Both the position numbers and the translations under genes were made by a program. Shown here piece after piece: positions 1 to 10,376 of a DNA stretch of 55,008 bases; the first letter of the stretch is position 1; every line of letters begins with the position of its first letter. The stretch is from Candidatus Kerfeldbacteria bacterium CG15_BIG_FIL_POST_REV_8_21_14_020_45_12 (lineage in GTDB: Bacteria; Patescibacteriota; Patescibacteriia; UBA9570; XYC2-FULL-38-9): the NCBI GenBank assembly GCA_002781785.1, contig PFGC01000042.1, positions 14,746-69,753 on the forward strand, read 5' to 3'. The notes under the pieces are model-generated. The model was not told the DNA's origin, did no database searches, and saw nothing but the letters and a program-made list of their open reading frames with translations.

Positions 1-259
1 TTAAAGAGTCAGGGAAAACCCGATCAGGGCAAACCAGTGCAATTTTTTCAAATAAACCAACTCTACCGGCATCGCCTCCAAATTTTGCCATCTCGGCAGC
101 CCCCTCCGCAGTCTCTATGTAGTTCAGCAAAGCATCGGCCACTTTTTTTGGGAACCACTTCTCGGTTAAAGAAACAGGCTCCTCTGGCTCCACTAGCCCA
201 AGGTCCACTGCCCGTGGTCGACCCTCTCTTATTGGTGATGGTTCGCGCACTCTCCGCAT
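1..259 (-). CDS. Hypothetical protein, N-terminal 86 codons only (runs off the left edge). Fourth member of the MRR..GRxRAxxL N-terminal-motif family seen at 16056-17977.
   Basis: Own translation of the minus strand from ATG at 259, 7 nt after the guaA stop: MRRVREPSPIREGRPRAVDLGLVEPEEPVSLTEKWFPKKVADALLNYIETAEGAAEMAKFGGDAGRVGLFEKIALVCPDRVFPDSL. The frame stays open to position 1. It is absent from the supplied track because it has no stop in the window. Confidence 0.45.
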   Translation of the reverse strand, partial: MRRVREPSPIREGRPRAVDLGLVEPEEPVSLTEKWFPKKVADALLNYIETAEGAAEMAKFGGDAGRVGLFEKIALVCPDRVFPDSL

Positions 260-266
260 GTATAGA

Positions 267-2078
267 CTATTCCCACTCAATCGTGGCAGGTGGTTTATTT
301 GTCACATCAAAAAATACTGCATCGACACCATTAATTGCCATAACTTTATCGGCAATCTCAGTTAGGATTGATCGATCAATCGGATAAAAATTTACCGTCA
401 TAGCTTCTTCAGATTCAATCGGACGCAACACAATCGATTCTCCTCCATTATAAGACAGTGGCACTAGGATAACCGGGAATTGCCAAATAGAATCGTACAC
501 GCCCCTCTCACGCACCACAGCATCGACCACAGCATCGACTTCGCGCAGTAAATCTAAACGATCTTCAGTTAAATAGCCTTTTACTACTTTAGGATGCGAC
601 GGATCCACTGGGCCAGCCACTTGCAAAACAACTCTATTAACATCTCCGATCGCATTTGTCAGGGTAGTAGAAATATTATTCAGCTGTTCCCATGCCAAAT
701 CAGCCCCTCCCCACAAGATAGCTGGGTGCTGATAAGATCTTTGATCACCTTGAACACCAACACTACGGATTGGCAAAACCGCCCCTTGTAAGTCAGTGCC
801 TTCTAATAATTCTATAATTTGTTCATTAACCTGAGATTCGTTATCAGCTGGTTCAGGAGAACCGTCAGAACACAGGCAACGGATCGACAAACCCGGACCT
901 GGAAATGGCCACCTGTTAACCAACTCGTCTGGAAGGCCTAATTCACGACCCAGCGCACGCACCTCGTCTTTGTACAATTGAGACAACGGCTCAACCACCA
1001 GGCCTTTGTTAATCATCTCCACAATTTCTGGAATCCGGTTGTGGTGCGTTTTAATTGTATCCGAGGCATCAGTGCCACCACTTTCAATTGTGTCTGGATA
1101 AATTGTCCCCTGACCTAATACCCACTCATGCTCGTTAAAGCCGAGCTCTGCAAAAACTTCCTTTTGGACCGTTAAAAAATGTTTTCCAATAGCGTTACGC
1201 TTATCTTCTGGTTCAACCATTTTAGCAACCTCTTTCAAAAAACTTTCACTAGCGTCAACTACCTGTAGATTATCAAAACCAGCCTTCGCCAGAGCCTCCT
1301 TTACTAACATGGATTCACCTTTACGCATAAATCCATTATCTACATGAAGACCGTAAACACGATCTCGACCAAAGACTTCCTCCAACATGGCAAAGGCCAC
1401 TGACGAATCAACTCCTCCGGAAACAAATAAAAATACCTTTCGATTACCAACGTCCTTTTTTAGCTCATCTTTTAGCTCAGCAATATACTCTTCCATGCTC
1501 CAGTTTGGGGTGGCCTGACAAATATCCAAAACAAAATTCTTCAGCATCTGCATACCATTTGGTGTGTGCTGCACCTCCACATGAAACTGCAAACCATAAC
1601 GCTTCAACTCGTCGTTAGCCATGGCGCTCACCTTAGCAGTATCGGTGTTTCCAATGATACGAAAACCCTCCGGCACTTCCTCAACTGAGTCCCAGTGACT
1701 CATCCAAACCTGCTCATCATCATTCAAGCCAGAAAATAAAGACCCTTTATCCAAAATATGAACTATAGCCTCACCATATTCACTTTGATGCGCCTCTTGA
1801 ACTCTACCTCCGTAGTGATGAGTCATTAGCTGGTGTCCATAACACAAACCAAGAATAGGTACCGGTAAATCGAAAATTCCCGGATCATACGGGAGTTTTT
1901 GAGCATTAACCGATTGTGGTCCACCAGATAAAATAATACCAACCGCATCGTGCAAGTCATGTGCATTGACATCGGTGGGATAAATTACCGAACGCACACC
2001 CAATTGCCGAACACGCCGTGCAATCAAGTGCATGTACTGCGAACCAAAGTCTAGGATGGCGATGTGTGGGCCTATCAT
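267..2078 (-). CDS. guaA: GMP synthase (glutamine-hydrolysing), long form (603 aa)
   Basis: N-terminal class-I amidotransferase (ILDFGSQY, catalytic Cys in GLCYGHQL, FHVEV). ATP-pyrophosphatase P-loop FVSGGVDSSV. C-terminal signature KPPATIEWE. Confidence 0.95.
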   Translation of the reverse strand: MIGPHIAILDFGSQYMHLIARRVRQLGVRSVIYPTDVNAHDLHDAVGIILSGGPQSVNAQKLPYDPGIFDLPVPILGLCYGHQLMTHHYGGRVQEAHQSEYGEAIVHILDKGSLFSGLNDDEQVWMSHWDSVEEVPEGFRIIGNTDTAKVSAMANDELKRYGLQFHVEVQHTPNGMQMLKNFVLDICQATPNWSMEEYIAELKDELKKDVGNRKVFLFVSGGVDSSVAFAMLEEVFGRDRVYGLHVDNGFMRKGESMLVKEALAKAGFDNLQVVDASESFLKEVAKMVEPEDKRNAIGKHFLTVQKEVFAELGFNEHEWVLGQGTIYPDTIESGGTDASDTIKTHHNRIPEIVEMINKGLVVEPLSQLYKDEVRALGRELGLPDELVNRWPFPGPGLSIRCLCSDGSPEPADNESQVNEQIIELLEGTDLQGAVLPIRSVGVQGDQRSYQHPAILWGGADLAWEQLNNISTTLTNAIGDVNRVVLQVAGPVDPSHPKVVKGYLTEDRLDLLREVDAVVDAVVRERGVYDSIWQFPVILVPLSYNGGESIVLRPIESEEAMTVNFYPIDRSILTEIADKVMAINGVDAVFFDVTNKPPATIEWE

Positions 2079-2254
2079 CCCCTAATTCTAGCACTTTTTC
2101 GACTAAAATGCAAGCTATCATTTATAGAATTAACCAGGATATACTTCCTGCTTAGCCGCGCCTGCCAAATAAAATTTAACTCACTGAGAAGCCGTCACGC
2201 ATTGCCCTCGGCTCGATTTTTCCCTACAATAAGAGGAACACTAACTACCCTTCT

Positions 2255-3349
2255 ATGGCAAAAGTTTTACCAATCCGCGAAGCGCTAACCTACGACGATG
2301 TTCTGCTGGTTCCACAATACTCATCCATTTTGCCAGCGGATGCTAACTTATCTACTAAGTTGGGGCATTTATCATTTGAACTACCGCTTGTTAGCGCTCC
2401 AATGGACACCGTCACGGAGGCAACTATGGCTATCGCTGTCGCTAAAGCCGGAGGCTTGGGAATTATCCATAAAAATATGAGCGCCGCTGCGCAAGCTGGT
2501 CAAGTTAAAAAAGTGTCTGGTAAGGGTTATAATGTTGGAGGAGCCGTCTCAGTCGGCGATGAACAGTTCGATCGCGCACTCCAATTGGTATCCGCTGGCG
2601 CCACCGTTCTGGTAGTAGACTCAGCTCACGGTCACTCGGCCGGGGTTATAAATCAGGTAAAAAGACTTAAAAATAAATTCAAGAAATCAGTTGTTATTAT
2701 TGGTGGAAACGTAGCAACCGCCGCTGGTACACGCGCCCTAATTCAGGCTGGTGCAGATGTAGTTAAAGTAGGCATCGGCCCAGGATCTATTTGCACCACC
2801 AGAATTGTCGCTGGCATTGGCGTTCCTCAACTCACTGCCATTATGGACTCAGTAGCCGAAGCTAAAAAAACCAAAACTGCTATTATCGCTGACGGTGGCA
2901 TTAAGTATTCCGGTGACATCGTTAAAGCCTTAGCCGCTGGATCAGCCGCTATTATGGCCGGTGGCTTATTTGCCGGAACTGATGAGGCTCCAGGAGATGT
3001 AGTGACAGTCGATGGTGTAAAAATGAAAACCTACCGTGGCATGGGGTCAGAAGCCGCTATGATGCAAGGCTCTAAAGATCGCTACGGTCAAAAAGGTACT
3101 ACTGACAAGAAAAAACTTGTGCCCGAAGGTGTAGTTGGCTACAAACCATATAACGGCAAAGTAACTGACGTCATCTACCAACTAGCCGGCGGCATCCGTT
3201 CTGGTATGGGTTATAACGGAGCAAAAGACATTGCCACCCTACAAAAGGTCGCGGAATTTGTCAGAATCAGTAACGCTGGCTTGGCTGAATCACATCCCCA
3301 CACACTAGCCGCTATGCAGCAATCGATAAACTACCAGAGCAAAAAATAA
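2255..3349 (+). CDS. guaB: IMP dehydrogenase catalytic core without the CBS/Bateman pair (364 aa)
   Basis: Motifs present: [10 protein letters not shown], catalytic loop [22 protein letters not shown], flap [15 protein letters not shown], and GGIRSGMGY. After IHKNM only a short linker precedes the second half of the barrel. Confidence 0.85.
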   Translation: MAKVLPIREALTYDDVLLVPQYSSILPADANLSTKLGHLSFELPLVSAPMDTVTEATMAIAVAKAGGLGIIHKNMSAAAQAGQVKKVSGKGYNVGGAVSVGDEQFDRALQLVSAGATVLVVDSAHGHSAGVINQVKRLKNKFKKSVVIIGGNVATAAGTRALIQAGADVVKVGIGPGSICTTRIVAGIGVPQLTAIMDSVAEAKKTKTAIIADGGIKYSGDIVKALAAGSAAIMAGGLFAGTDEAPGDVVTVDGVKMKTYRGMGSEAAMMQGSKDRYGQKGTTDKKKLVPEGVVGYKPYNGKVTDVIYQLAGGIRSGMGYNGAKDIATLQKVAEFVRISNAGLAESHPHTLAAMQQSINYQSKK

Positions 3350-3358
3350 CTACTCTAA

Positions 3359-4213
3359 ATGCGATACCTCTCTGCGCTTCCGGGAACATTCATTGCTCTA
3401 ATTGTCATTATTTTCGCTGACTTATTTTTACCAAAATTTGGAAATTCTACCGATGTTGAAATCATTCTAACACTAAGCACATTCCTCTTTGCCATATTGT
3501 CAGGATTTGTCATTTCACGACTAACCTCACGCTACGATGGTATTAGAAATAATGTTGGGTCAGAAGATAGTATTCTTCTATCTCTCTACAAAACCAGTCA
3601 ACACATAAGCAAAAAACATAGCGGCAAAATGGCAGAACTGATAGATAAGTATTACATATTATCTTACGATTTTACGCTATCAAACGCTCATCTAGCATAC
3701 AAAAAAACTGCCCCGGTATTAATTGAAATGTGGGATGAGCAAATGAAAATAGATATTCAAAAAAACTCTTCGGCATACCAAGTAATTGTCACGCAACTCA
3801 CAACTCTCGAGGACAAAAGAAATATGGCATCTGTAACATCTGCAGAACGACTAGGTATTGGAAATTGGATTATCCTACTAACACTCGCGATGATCATTCT
3901 CGTCAGTGTGTTCTACATTAGAGCAGACTTACTATACACGCATTTTATTACTATCGCTCTATCAACTGTTCTCGTATTGATAATACTCATTATTCGTGAT
4001 CTGCAAAACCTAATGCTAGGGGGGACAAGCCTGCTTGAGGAGTCTGGTCAAGAAGTATTAAATATTATCGGTAAGCCACGATACTACCACGAATCATTTG
4101 TTCGTCGTGGTATTGCAAAACCACCAAAAGGAACACCTTACCGATTAGGTCATCACGAACCTGGCACAGAGCCATTTAATATAGAATTTGTAAAGGGTTT
4201 AGGGGAAAAATAG
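3359..4213 (+). CDS. Hypothetical multi-pass membrane protein (possibly DUF4239-like)
   Basis: 284-aa ORF starting 10 nt after guaB. It has hydrophobic helices at both ends (FIALIVIIFADLFL, ILTLSTFLFAILSGFVI, WIILLTLAMIILVSVFYI, ITIALSTVLVLIILII) around a soluble middle. I recognise no catalytic motif. Confidence 0.45.
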   Translation: MRYLSALPGTFIALIVIIFADLFLPKFGNSTDVEIILTLSTFLFAILSGFVISRLTSRYDGIRNNVGSEDSILLSLYKTSQHISKKHSGKMAELIDKYYILSYDFTLSNAHLAYKKTAPVLIEMWDEQMKIDIQKNSSAYQVIVTQLTTLEDKRNMASVTSAERLGIGNWIILLTLAMIILVSVFYIRADLLYTHFITIALSTVLVLIILIIRDLQNLMLGGTSLLEESGQEVLNIIGKPRYYHESFVRRGIAKPPKGTPYRLGHHEPGTEPFNIEFVKGLGEK

Positions 4214-4317
4214 AAGCTATTCTCTAAACAGAGCCTTGAGGATTTATAGTCACTTACAGAAAATGGAGACTAAAAAATCAAATTCGGTTACTAAAATAGA
4301 GAAATGCACTCACTTTC

Positions 4318-5790
4318 TCAGTGCTTTGTTACCTTGCGATATTTTTTCGGTACTCTTTTTCTAAGCGCTTGATGTTGTGACTGGAGGCTATCCAACAATG
4401 ATGTTTCGCTAACAATATTATGGATGCGGTTGGAAATAATAAACTGTCCGTTGATCATTAAATCGCGCACATTACGACCACCGTGCGTAATCATGTTGCC
4501 AATAATTGTAGCGGGATTATTCTCATCGTAAGGAATAAAGCCACGGTCACGCACCTTCCAAAAAGCTAAGTCAGCTCGATAGCCTGGCAACACGCGTCCG
4601 CGATCATTTAAATGCAGCATATCAGCAGCATTAGAGGTCATCATTTTGAATAAATCCTCGTAAAAAATAACGAATCTCTCCTGATGCATAATTCTAGCCT
4701 GCAATGCCTCAGATAAAATATCTAAACTGTTTTTTGAGATGACACTATCAGTTCCAAGAGCGATTCTATCGGTCATGCCATATTTAGCGTACAAAGGATA
4801 TGGAAAATCTCCACTCCTATGTAATTTATTTGAAGTGGGAAGATGAACTACCCCAATCTTGTTCTGAGCAATAAGTTTAATTTCCTCTTCTGTAAAATGA
4901 ACTCCGTGCGACAGAATGGTCCTCGAATTCGCTAATCCATATTTTTTTAGTGTAGTGATAGTTGGCGAACCGTGCATAGCCAACTGGTCAATCAGTACCT
5001 GCTTAGTTTCGGCGGCATGAGTGGTAAACAAAGCTTTATACTTCTTAACTATCTCTGCAACTTTTTTCAAAACAACCGGTGATGCCTTGTGCGTGTAATG
5101 AATAGCTACCGCCACCTGAGTAGTATACTTATCTCTATTTTTCAATAATTTTTCAACATAAGCGGGAGTGTTTTCCGGGTGAGAGTTAGATACAGCTGAC
5201 ACAGCGTTGATCACATTTTGTTTCACTAGCTTTGCGGCCTCCTCAATCGGATCAAACACGGCATAATGCGATAGCGTAGTAGTAATACCGTTCTTTTGCT
5301 CTTCGGTTAGGTCGCCAATAGCTGACACCGCAAAATCGTCTTGCGTCATACAGTTCTCCAGGGTGTACATATCCTTGAGTGACTTTTCCAAGTTCTCACC
5401 CTTTTCGAGCATCAAAGATGACCGCAAAAGATACATCGGCGGATGAGCGTGAGCATTAATAAATCCGGGAGTTACCGCTAGTCCACCGCGCTTCCCAGCA
5501 TCAAACACTAAATCGACTTCACTGAAGTCTACCTTCTTTTTGTTCGAATCAAAAACTTCTTTGATGACACCATCTTTAATCAAAATAGAGTGGTCTTTGA
5601 CCACCGTCACCTTACCCTTTTCATTTGTCGTCATGATGAACTTTGCCTTGTGCACCAGAACAGTCCGCGCTCCTCCATTAAGGTTCACGTGGGTATACCG
5701 ACTGCGTTTCTCTTGCAGTGGATATGGCAGCTCTCCCTCCTGCACGCGCCGAATCGAATTGATCATTGCGTGATCGTTGCCAACTTTCAT
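4318..5790 (-). CDS. Amidohydrolase-superfamily deaminase/chlorohydrolase (ATZ/TRZ, MTA/SAH- or guanine-deaminase-like)
   Basis: Metal-ligand motifs occur in the expected order: FINAHAHPPMY (HxH), FTTHAAET, LSHGVH, LGTDS. Confidence 0.75.
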   Translation of the reverse strand: MKVGNDHAMINSIRRVQEGELPYPLQEKRSRYTHVNLNGGARTVLVHKAKFIMTTNEKGKVTVVKDHSILIKDGVIKEVFDSNKKKVDFSEVDLVFDAGKRGGLAVTPGFINAHAHPPMYLLRSSLMLEKGENLEKSLKDMYTLENCMTQDDFAVSAIGDLTEEQKNGITTTLSHYAVFDPIEEAAKLVKQNVINAVSAVSNSHPENTPAYVEKLLKNRDKYTTQVAVAIHYTHKASPVVLKKVAEIVKKYKALFTTHAAETKQVLIDQLAMHGSPTITTLKKYGLANSRTILSHGVHFTEEEIKLIAQNKIGVVHLPTSNKLHRSGDFPYPLYAKYGMTDRIALGTDSVISKNSLDILSEALQARIMHQERFVIFYEDLFKMMTSNAADMLHLNDRGRVLPGYRADLAFWKVRDRGFIPYDENNPATIIGNMITHGGRNVRDLMINGQFIISNRIHNIVSETSLLDSLQSQHQALRKRVPKKYRKVTKH

Positions 5791-5839
5791 GACTAGAGTA
5801 TACCAAAAAAAAGTCTTTTTGTCTAGAGTGGCACCTTTG

Positions 5840-5896
5840 AAAAAAAGAGGAGCCCCGCACGCCGCCCGAGTGGATGTCCTCGGGTAGCGTGCGGGG
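5840..5896 (-). terminator. Intrinsic terminator of the GC-rich small secreted-protein gene
   Basis: Long GC hairpin: ccccgcacgc (5853-5862) pairs with gcgtgcgggg (5887-5896), with inner arms cccgag/ctcggg. On the minus strand it is followed by ctcctc and a 7-T run (plus-strand A-run 5840-5846). Confidence 0.5.
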
Positions 5897-5913
5897 CGGA
5901 CACCAGCTGGGGG

Positions 5914-6273
5914 TCAGTGGATCCCCAGGCGGTGGGCGGTGTAGACCTGGTCCACACCGTTCATGTGCTGATCGACGGTTGCACTGCCGCAGATCGGGTA
6001 GTGCTCGGGCGAAGTGCCCCAGGCCTTGGCCGGGAGACCGTTGGCGCAGTGCGAGGCGCCCGGCAGGTCACGCCCGGACTTGGCGGGCCGCTGGTGGTGG
6101 CGCGGCGGCGGGGCCGGACGACCACAGACGACGGAGGCGCCGCGGGGACTGACCTCGACGTGGCAGTTGCCGGTGCTGACGCCGACACGCACCGCCACGG
6201 GCTTGGCCTCGGCGGAACCAGTGGAAGCCAGCATGGCAACCAGGGCCAGCAGCATCAGGGGGGTCTTGGACAT
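5914..6273 (-). CDS. Small secreted protein of unknown function (119 aa, 4 Cys, Pro/His-rich) encoded in a GC-rich island
   Basis: Start moved to the ATG at 6273, preceded by GGAGGA. Sec-type signal MSKTPLMLLALVAMLASTGSAEA|KP. It has its own terminator downstream. The many overlapping ORFs on both strands here are GC artefacts. Confidence 0.55.
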   Translation of the reverse strand: MSKTPLMLLALVAMLASTGSAEAKPVAVRVGVSTGNCHVEVSPRGASVVCGRPAPPPRHHQRPAKSGRDLPGASHCANGLPAKAWGTSPEHYPICGSATVDQHMNGVDQVYTAHRLGIH

Positions 6274-6398
6274 GGGATCCTCCATCACTCAAGGCAGAAA
6301 CTTCCGCCTAGGTTCACATGCATTTCGAGCTATGCGAACGCGCAATAATAGCAAAAAAATGGTCATTTGTCAATACCCTCTTAAAAGAAACTCTTAAT

Positions 6399-6427
6399 AA
6401 CAAAACACCGCCCAAGGGGGCGGTGTT
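6399..6427 (-). terminator. Intrinsic terminator after rpoC (hairpin usable on both strands)
   Basis: aacaccgccc (6404-6413) pairs with gggcggtgtt (6418-6427), loop aagg. T-run follows on the minus strand (plus caaaa 6399-6403). It begins about 20 nt after the rpoC stop. Confidence 0.7.
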
Positions 6428-6446
6428 TATAAAATTGACTTGAAAA

Positions 6447-9400
6447 CTACTTGTCTTCGCCAGCGCTATCGGCTGCCACTGCCTGCTTTTTGGTCTTATC
6501 ATGCACTCCAAATCCAGTACCTACTGGAATTAGCTTACCAATGATAACGTTTTCCTTAAGGCCCTGCAGACGATCGATCTTTCCGGTCACGGCCGCATCA
6601 ATTAAGATACGAGCCGTTTCCTGGAATGAAGCTGCTGATAGGAATGAGTCTACCGATAAAGAAGCCTTAGTGATTCCTAGCAGTACTGGCTCAACCACAG
6701 CTGGCTTACCTTTACGTCCGACTGCATCACGGTTGGCGGCGTGGAGGGTTTCACGAGAAACCACATCGCCCACTACCAGATCAGTATCCTTGGCGTCTAA
6801 CACCTTAGATCGGGAGAACATCTGTCGAATGATTACCTCAATATGCTTATCGTTCAACTTCTGTCCCTGTGAAGAGTAGATGTATTGAATCTCCTTAATG
6901 ATGTACTTCTGAACGGCCTCAAGCCCCTTCAGTTCAAACAATTGATACAGATCAAGCGATCCTTCAGTCAACTGCTGACCAGAAGCTACTACCTCACCCT
7001 TCTTCACCCAAGTACCATATCCAGCAGGAATTGGATATTCCATGATTTGATCCTCAGCTCCAAATAGGTTCAAGGTTTTTTCTTCTAGCTTCACAGTTCC
7101 AGCTAAGCGCGCTGTTACCTCACCATCTTTCTTGCTGGTGAATAATAATTGACCACGCTTTACCTTATCGCCATCCTTGATTTCAAGTACATCTGATTTC
7201 TTAATGGTGTACTTCTCATTAACGTCTGCCTTATGTTGAATCTTAATGACACGCTGTTTACCATCCTCAACAATATCGGTAACCATTCCATCTATATCAA
7301 CTATAATTGCAGATTTCTTCAGTGGACGTGCCTCAAACAATTCTTCAACTCGCGGCAAACCTTGAGTGATATCAGCTCCCGCCACACCTCCAGTATGGAA
7401 GGTACGCATGGTCAACTGAGTACCCGGTTCACCAATTGACTGAGCCGCAATGATACCAGCCGCTGTTCCCAGCTTGCCAACATCGTTACTACCAAGGTCA
7501 TAGCCGTAGCATTTCTGACAAACTCCGCGATCCATTTCGCAAGTCAGCACAGAGTAGACTACCGCCTCTTCAATTGTTTCACCATGTAATTTTTCAACAT
7601 CCTCTGTTGATACCAAGCTATTCTTGTTCAGTAAGACATCACCCTTGTCGTTACGCAGCGTGTCGTTCAAAACTCGACCCCACAGACGATCAACTAAGTC
7701 TTCGTTCATTTCCTCAGACTCTTTAGAGGTAATTGTAATACCATTGCTGGTTCCACAATCCTCTTGAACAATGACTACATCTTGAGCAACATCTACTAAA
7801 CGACGAGTCAGGTAACCGGCATTAGCCGTTCTCAGAGCGGTATCGGTCAAACCCTTTCGAGCTCCATGCGTGGAGATAAAATACTCCAACACATCAAAGC
7901 CCTCTTTAAAACTAGCCTTAACTGGCAGCTCGATGGTTTCACCGGACGGGTTAATCACCAATCCCTTCATACCCATCATCTGGGTTGTCTGACCCCATGA
8001 ACCACGAGCACCGGAATCAATCATGGCAAATACCGGACCGTCCTTTGGCAACACCAACTGACATTGTTCAGTGATGTCAATTTTTGCCTGCGTCCAAACT
8101 TCAATGACTTTAGTTCGACGCTCATCGTCTGTCAGTAATCCAGTAGTATAGTGACCGTAAATTTCATCAATCTTTCCTTCCGCTGCTGAGATGATCTCCT
8201 TCTTTTTCTCTGGAATCATGATGTCATCCATACCCCAACTCATTCCTGATTTGGTGATATATTCAATCGCTAAATCTTTTACATCATCCAGCAATTGGAC
8301 GGTACGAGCAGTGCCTTCCTCTGCGAGCGTTTCTGCAATCAAGGCTTTCAGGCGACGCTTATCAACCACCTCATTCAGATACTGTAAGAACTCAGGCAAA
8401 ATTCGATTGAACATCAAGCGACCGGCAGTTGTATCGATGATCTTATCGCCAACTTTTACCTTAATAGGAGTTTGAATGACCATGCGACCAGACTGATAGG
8501 CAAATAATGCCTCATCAGAATTAGCAAAGGCCAAGAATCTTTTATCCTTAGGCTCATCAATAGTGGTCATATAATAGGTACCAAGCACGATGTCCTGAGA
8601 CGGGGTAACAATAGGTTCTCCAGTAGCTGGCTTCAACAGATTCTTGGATGACAACATAATTTCTGATGCCTCCTGACGCGCCTCTTTTGAAAGTGGTACA
8701 TGAACGGCCATTTGGTCTCCATCAAAGTCAGCGTTAAAAGCTGGACAAACCAGAGGATGAATCTGAATAGCCTTACCCTCAATCAAGATTGGTTGGAAAG
8801 CTTGAATTCCAAGTCTATGCAGGGTTGGAGCGCGATTCAAGAGCACGAAAGATGCAGCAATTACCTCTTCCAAAATATCCCAGACTTCTTCACGGTTAGA
8901 TTCAATAAACCGATTAGCTGATCTGACATTGTAAACCAACTCTCGTTCAATCAACTTAGCGATTACAAATGACTTGAACAGCTCCAAGGCCATTTTCTTT
9001 GGCAGGCCACACTGATTAAGTTTCAGATGAGGACCAACCACAATTACTGAACGACCAGAGTAGTCAACACGTTTTCCAAGCAAGTTCTGACGGAAGCGTC
9101 CCTGCTTACCTTTCAACATGTCCGCCAGAGATTTCAACTGTCGCTTCTGACCAGTCGATGCAGTTACAGTTTTACCATGCCGGGCGCTATTATCAATCAG
9201 AGCGTCGACTGCTTCTTGCAGCATTCGCTTTTCATTTCTTTGAATTACTTCAGGCGCATTTAACTCCTGCAAACGCTTTAAACGATTGTTTCGGTTAATG
9301 ACTCGTCGATAAAGGTCATTCAAATCAGAGGCTGCAAAACGACCACCATCCAACTGCACCATTGGACGCAAGTCCGGTGGAATAACTGGCAATGCATCCA

Positions 9401-10352
9401 GCACCATCCAATCTGGACTAATGCCATTCTTTATCAGATTCTTTACCAACTTCAAACGACGTAATAGTCGGAAGCGCTTATTTTTGCTAGCACCAGACAA
9501 CTCAACTTCCAAATACTCTGCCATCTCTTCCAAGTTGATCTTTGAGAGCAATGATTTCATTGCCTCTGCTCCAATCATAGCTGTGAAAACGTGGCCGTAT
9601 TTAAGAGAGAGATCGAAGTACTCACTTTCAGAAACAATATTCAATGGCGCTAGACCCTTTAATTCCTTACGGGCAATGTCAGAAGCCTCGTCAAGATCTT
9701 TGAGCTTCTCATCACGCATAACAGCAGCGTTGACCATCTCTTGCTCAAAAGCCTTTTCAGCATCTTTCTTCAACTTACCAGCAGCCTCTTGCTCTGCGTG
9801 GTCACGACGTTGCTTGATATCACCCATCTGTTGAGTGATTTCATTTCGAATCTGTTTTCGTTTTTGATCAAGTTCTGCATCAATTTGCTCCAGGGTCTGT
9901 TCGCGCAGTTTTTCGTTGACTTCAGTTATAATGTAGTTCGCAAAATAGACCACCTTTTCCAAAGATTGCGTAGACAGATCAAGCAACAGACCAATCTTAC
10001 TAGGCACGCCACGCAGAAACCAAATATGGGTTACCGGAGCGGCTAAGTCGATATGAGCCATTCGTTCACGACGAACGATAGATCGGGTGACTTCTACACC
10101 ACATTTATCACAAACAATTCCTTTGTAACGAATGCGCTTGTATTTGCCACAGTAACATTCCCAATCTTTGGATGGACCAAAAATCTTTTCGCAGAACAGG
10201 CCATCTTTTTCAGGTTTTTGCGTGCGATAATTAATTGTCTCTGGTCGAAGAACTTCGCCATGAGACCAGGTACGGATTTGTTCGGGTGAAGCAAGCTTTA
10301 ACCGAATCGCTTCGAAATCCGTAGCTTGAGTTGCGTTATCGTAGAATGACAT
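6447..10352 (-). CDS. rpoC: DNA-directed RNA polymerase subunit beta-prime
   Basis: Zn finger [23 protein letters not shown] and catalytic [14 protein letters not shown]; 1301 aa. Confidence 0.97.
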   Translation of the reverse strand: MSFYDNATQATDFEAIRLKLASPEQIRTWSHGEVLRPETINYRTQKPEKDGLFCEKIFGPSKDWECYCGKYKRIRYKGIVCDKCGVEVTRSIVRRERMAHIDLAAPVTHIWFLRGVPSKIGLLLDLSTQSLEKVVYFANYIITEVNEKLREQTLEQIDAELDQKRKQIRNEITQQMGDIKQRRDHAEQEAAGKLKKDAEKAFEQEMVNAAVMRDEKLKDLDEASDIARKELKGLAPLNIVSESEYFDLSLKYGHVFTAMIGAEAMKSLLSKINLEEMAEYLEVELSGASKNKRFRLLRRLKLVKNLIKNGISPDWMVLDALPVIPPDLRPMVQLDGGRFAASDLNDLYRRVINRNNRLKRLQELNAPEVIQRNEKRMLQEAVDALIDNSARHGKTVTASTGQKRQLKSLADMLKGKQGRFRQNLLGKRVDYSGRSVIVVGPHLKLNQCGLPKKMALELFKSFVIAKLIERELVYNVRSANRFIESNREEVWDILEEVIAASFVLLNRAPTLHRLGIQAFQPILIEGKAIQIHPLVCPAFNADFDGDQMAVHVPLSKEARQEASEIMLSSKNLLKPATGEPIVTPSQDIVLGTYYMTTIDEPKDKRFLAFANSDEALFAYQSGRMVIQTPIKVKVGDKIIDTTAGRLMFNRILPEFLQYLNEVVDKRRLKALIAETLAEEGTARTVQLLDDVKDLAIEYITKSGMSWGMDDIMIPEKKKEIISAAEGKIDEIYGHYTTGLLTDDERRTKVIEVWTQAKIDITEQCQLVLPKDGPVFAMIDSGARGSWGQTTQMMGMKGLVINPSGETIELPVKASFKEGFDVLEYFISTHGARKGLTDTALRTANAGYLTRRLVDVAQDVVIVQEDCGTSNGITITSKESEEMNEDLVDRLWGRVLNDTLRNDKGDVLLNKNSLVSTEDVEKLHGETIEEAVVYSVLTCEMDRGVCQKCYGYDLGSNDVGKLGTAAGIIAAQSIGEPGTQLTMRTFHTGGVAGADITQGLPRVEELFEARPLKKSAIIVDIDGMVTDIVEDGKQRVIKIQHKADVNEKYTIKKSDVLEIKDGDKVKRGQLLFTSKKDGEVTARLAGTVKLEEKTLNLFGAEDQIMEYPIPAGYGTWVKKGEVVASGQQLTEGSLDLYQLFELKGLEAVQKYIIKEIQYIYSSQGQKLNDKHIEVIIRQMFSRSKVLDAKDTDLVVGDVVSRETLHAANRDAVGRKGKPAVVEPVLLGITKASLSVDSFLSAASFQETARILIDAAVTGKIDRLQGLKENVIIGKLIPVGTGFGVHDKTKKQAVAADSAGEDK

Positions 10353-10376
10353 ATGTGTATGGTTTCGGTTAGCGAC

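Noticed and set aside
5874-6397. Five additional long ORFs on both strands inside GC-rich island 1 (5874-6152+, 5917-6348+, 5961-6239-, 6014-6397+, 6068-6292-).
   Set aside because: High G+C suppresses stop codons in all frames. Their products are Arg/Gly/Pro/Ala low-complexity strings. Only the 5914-6273 minus-strand frame has an RBS, a signal peptide and a terminator.
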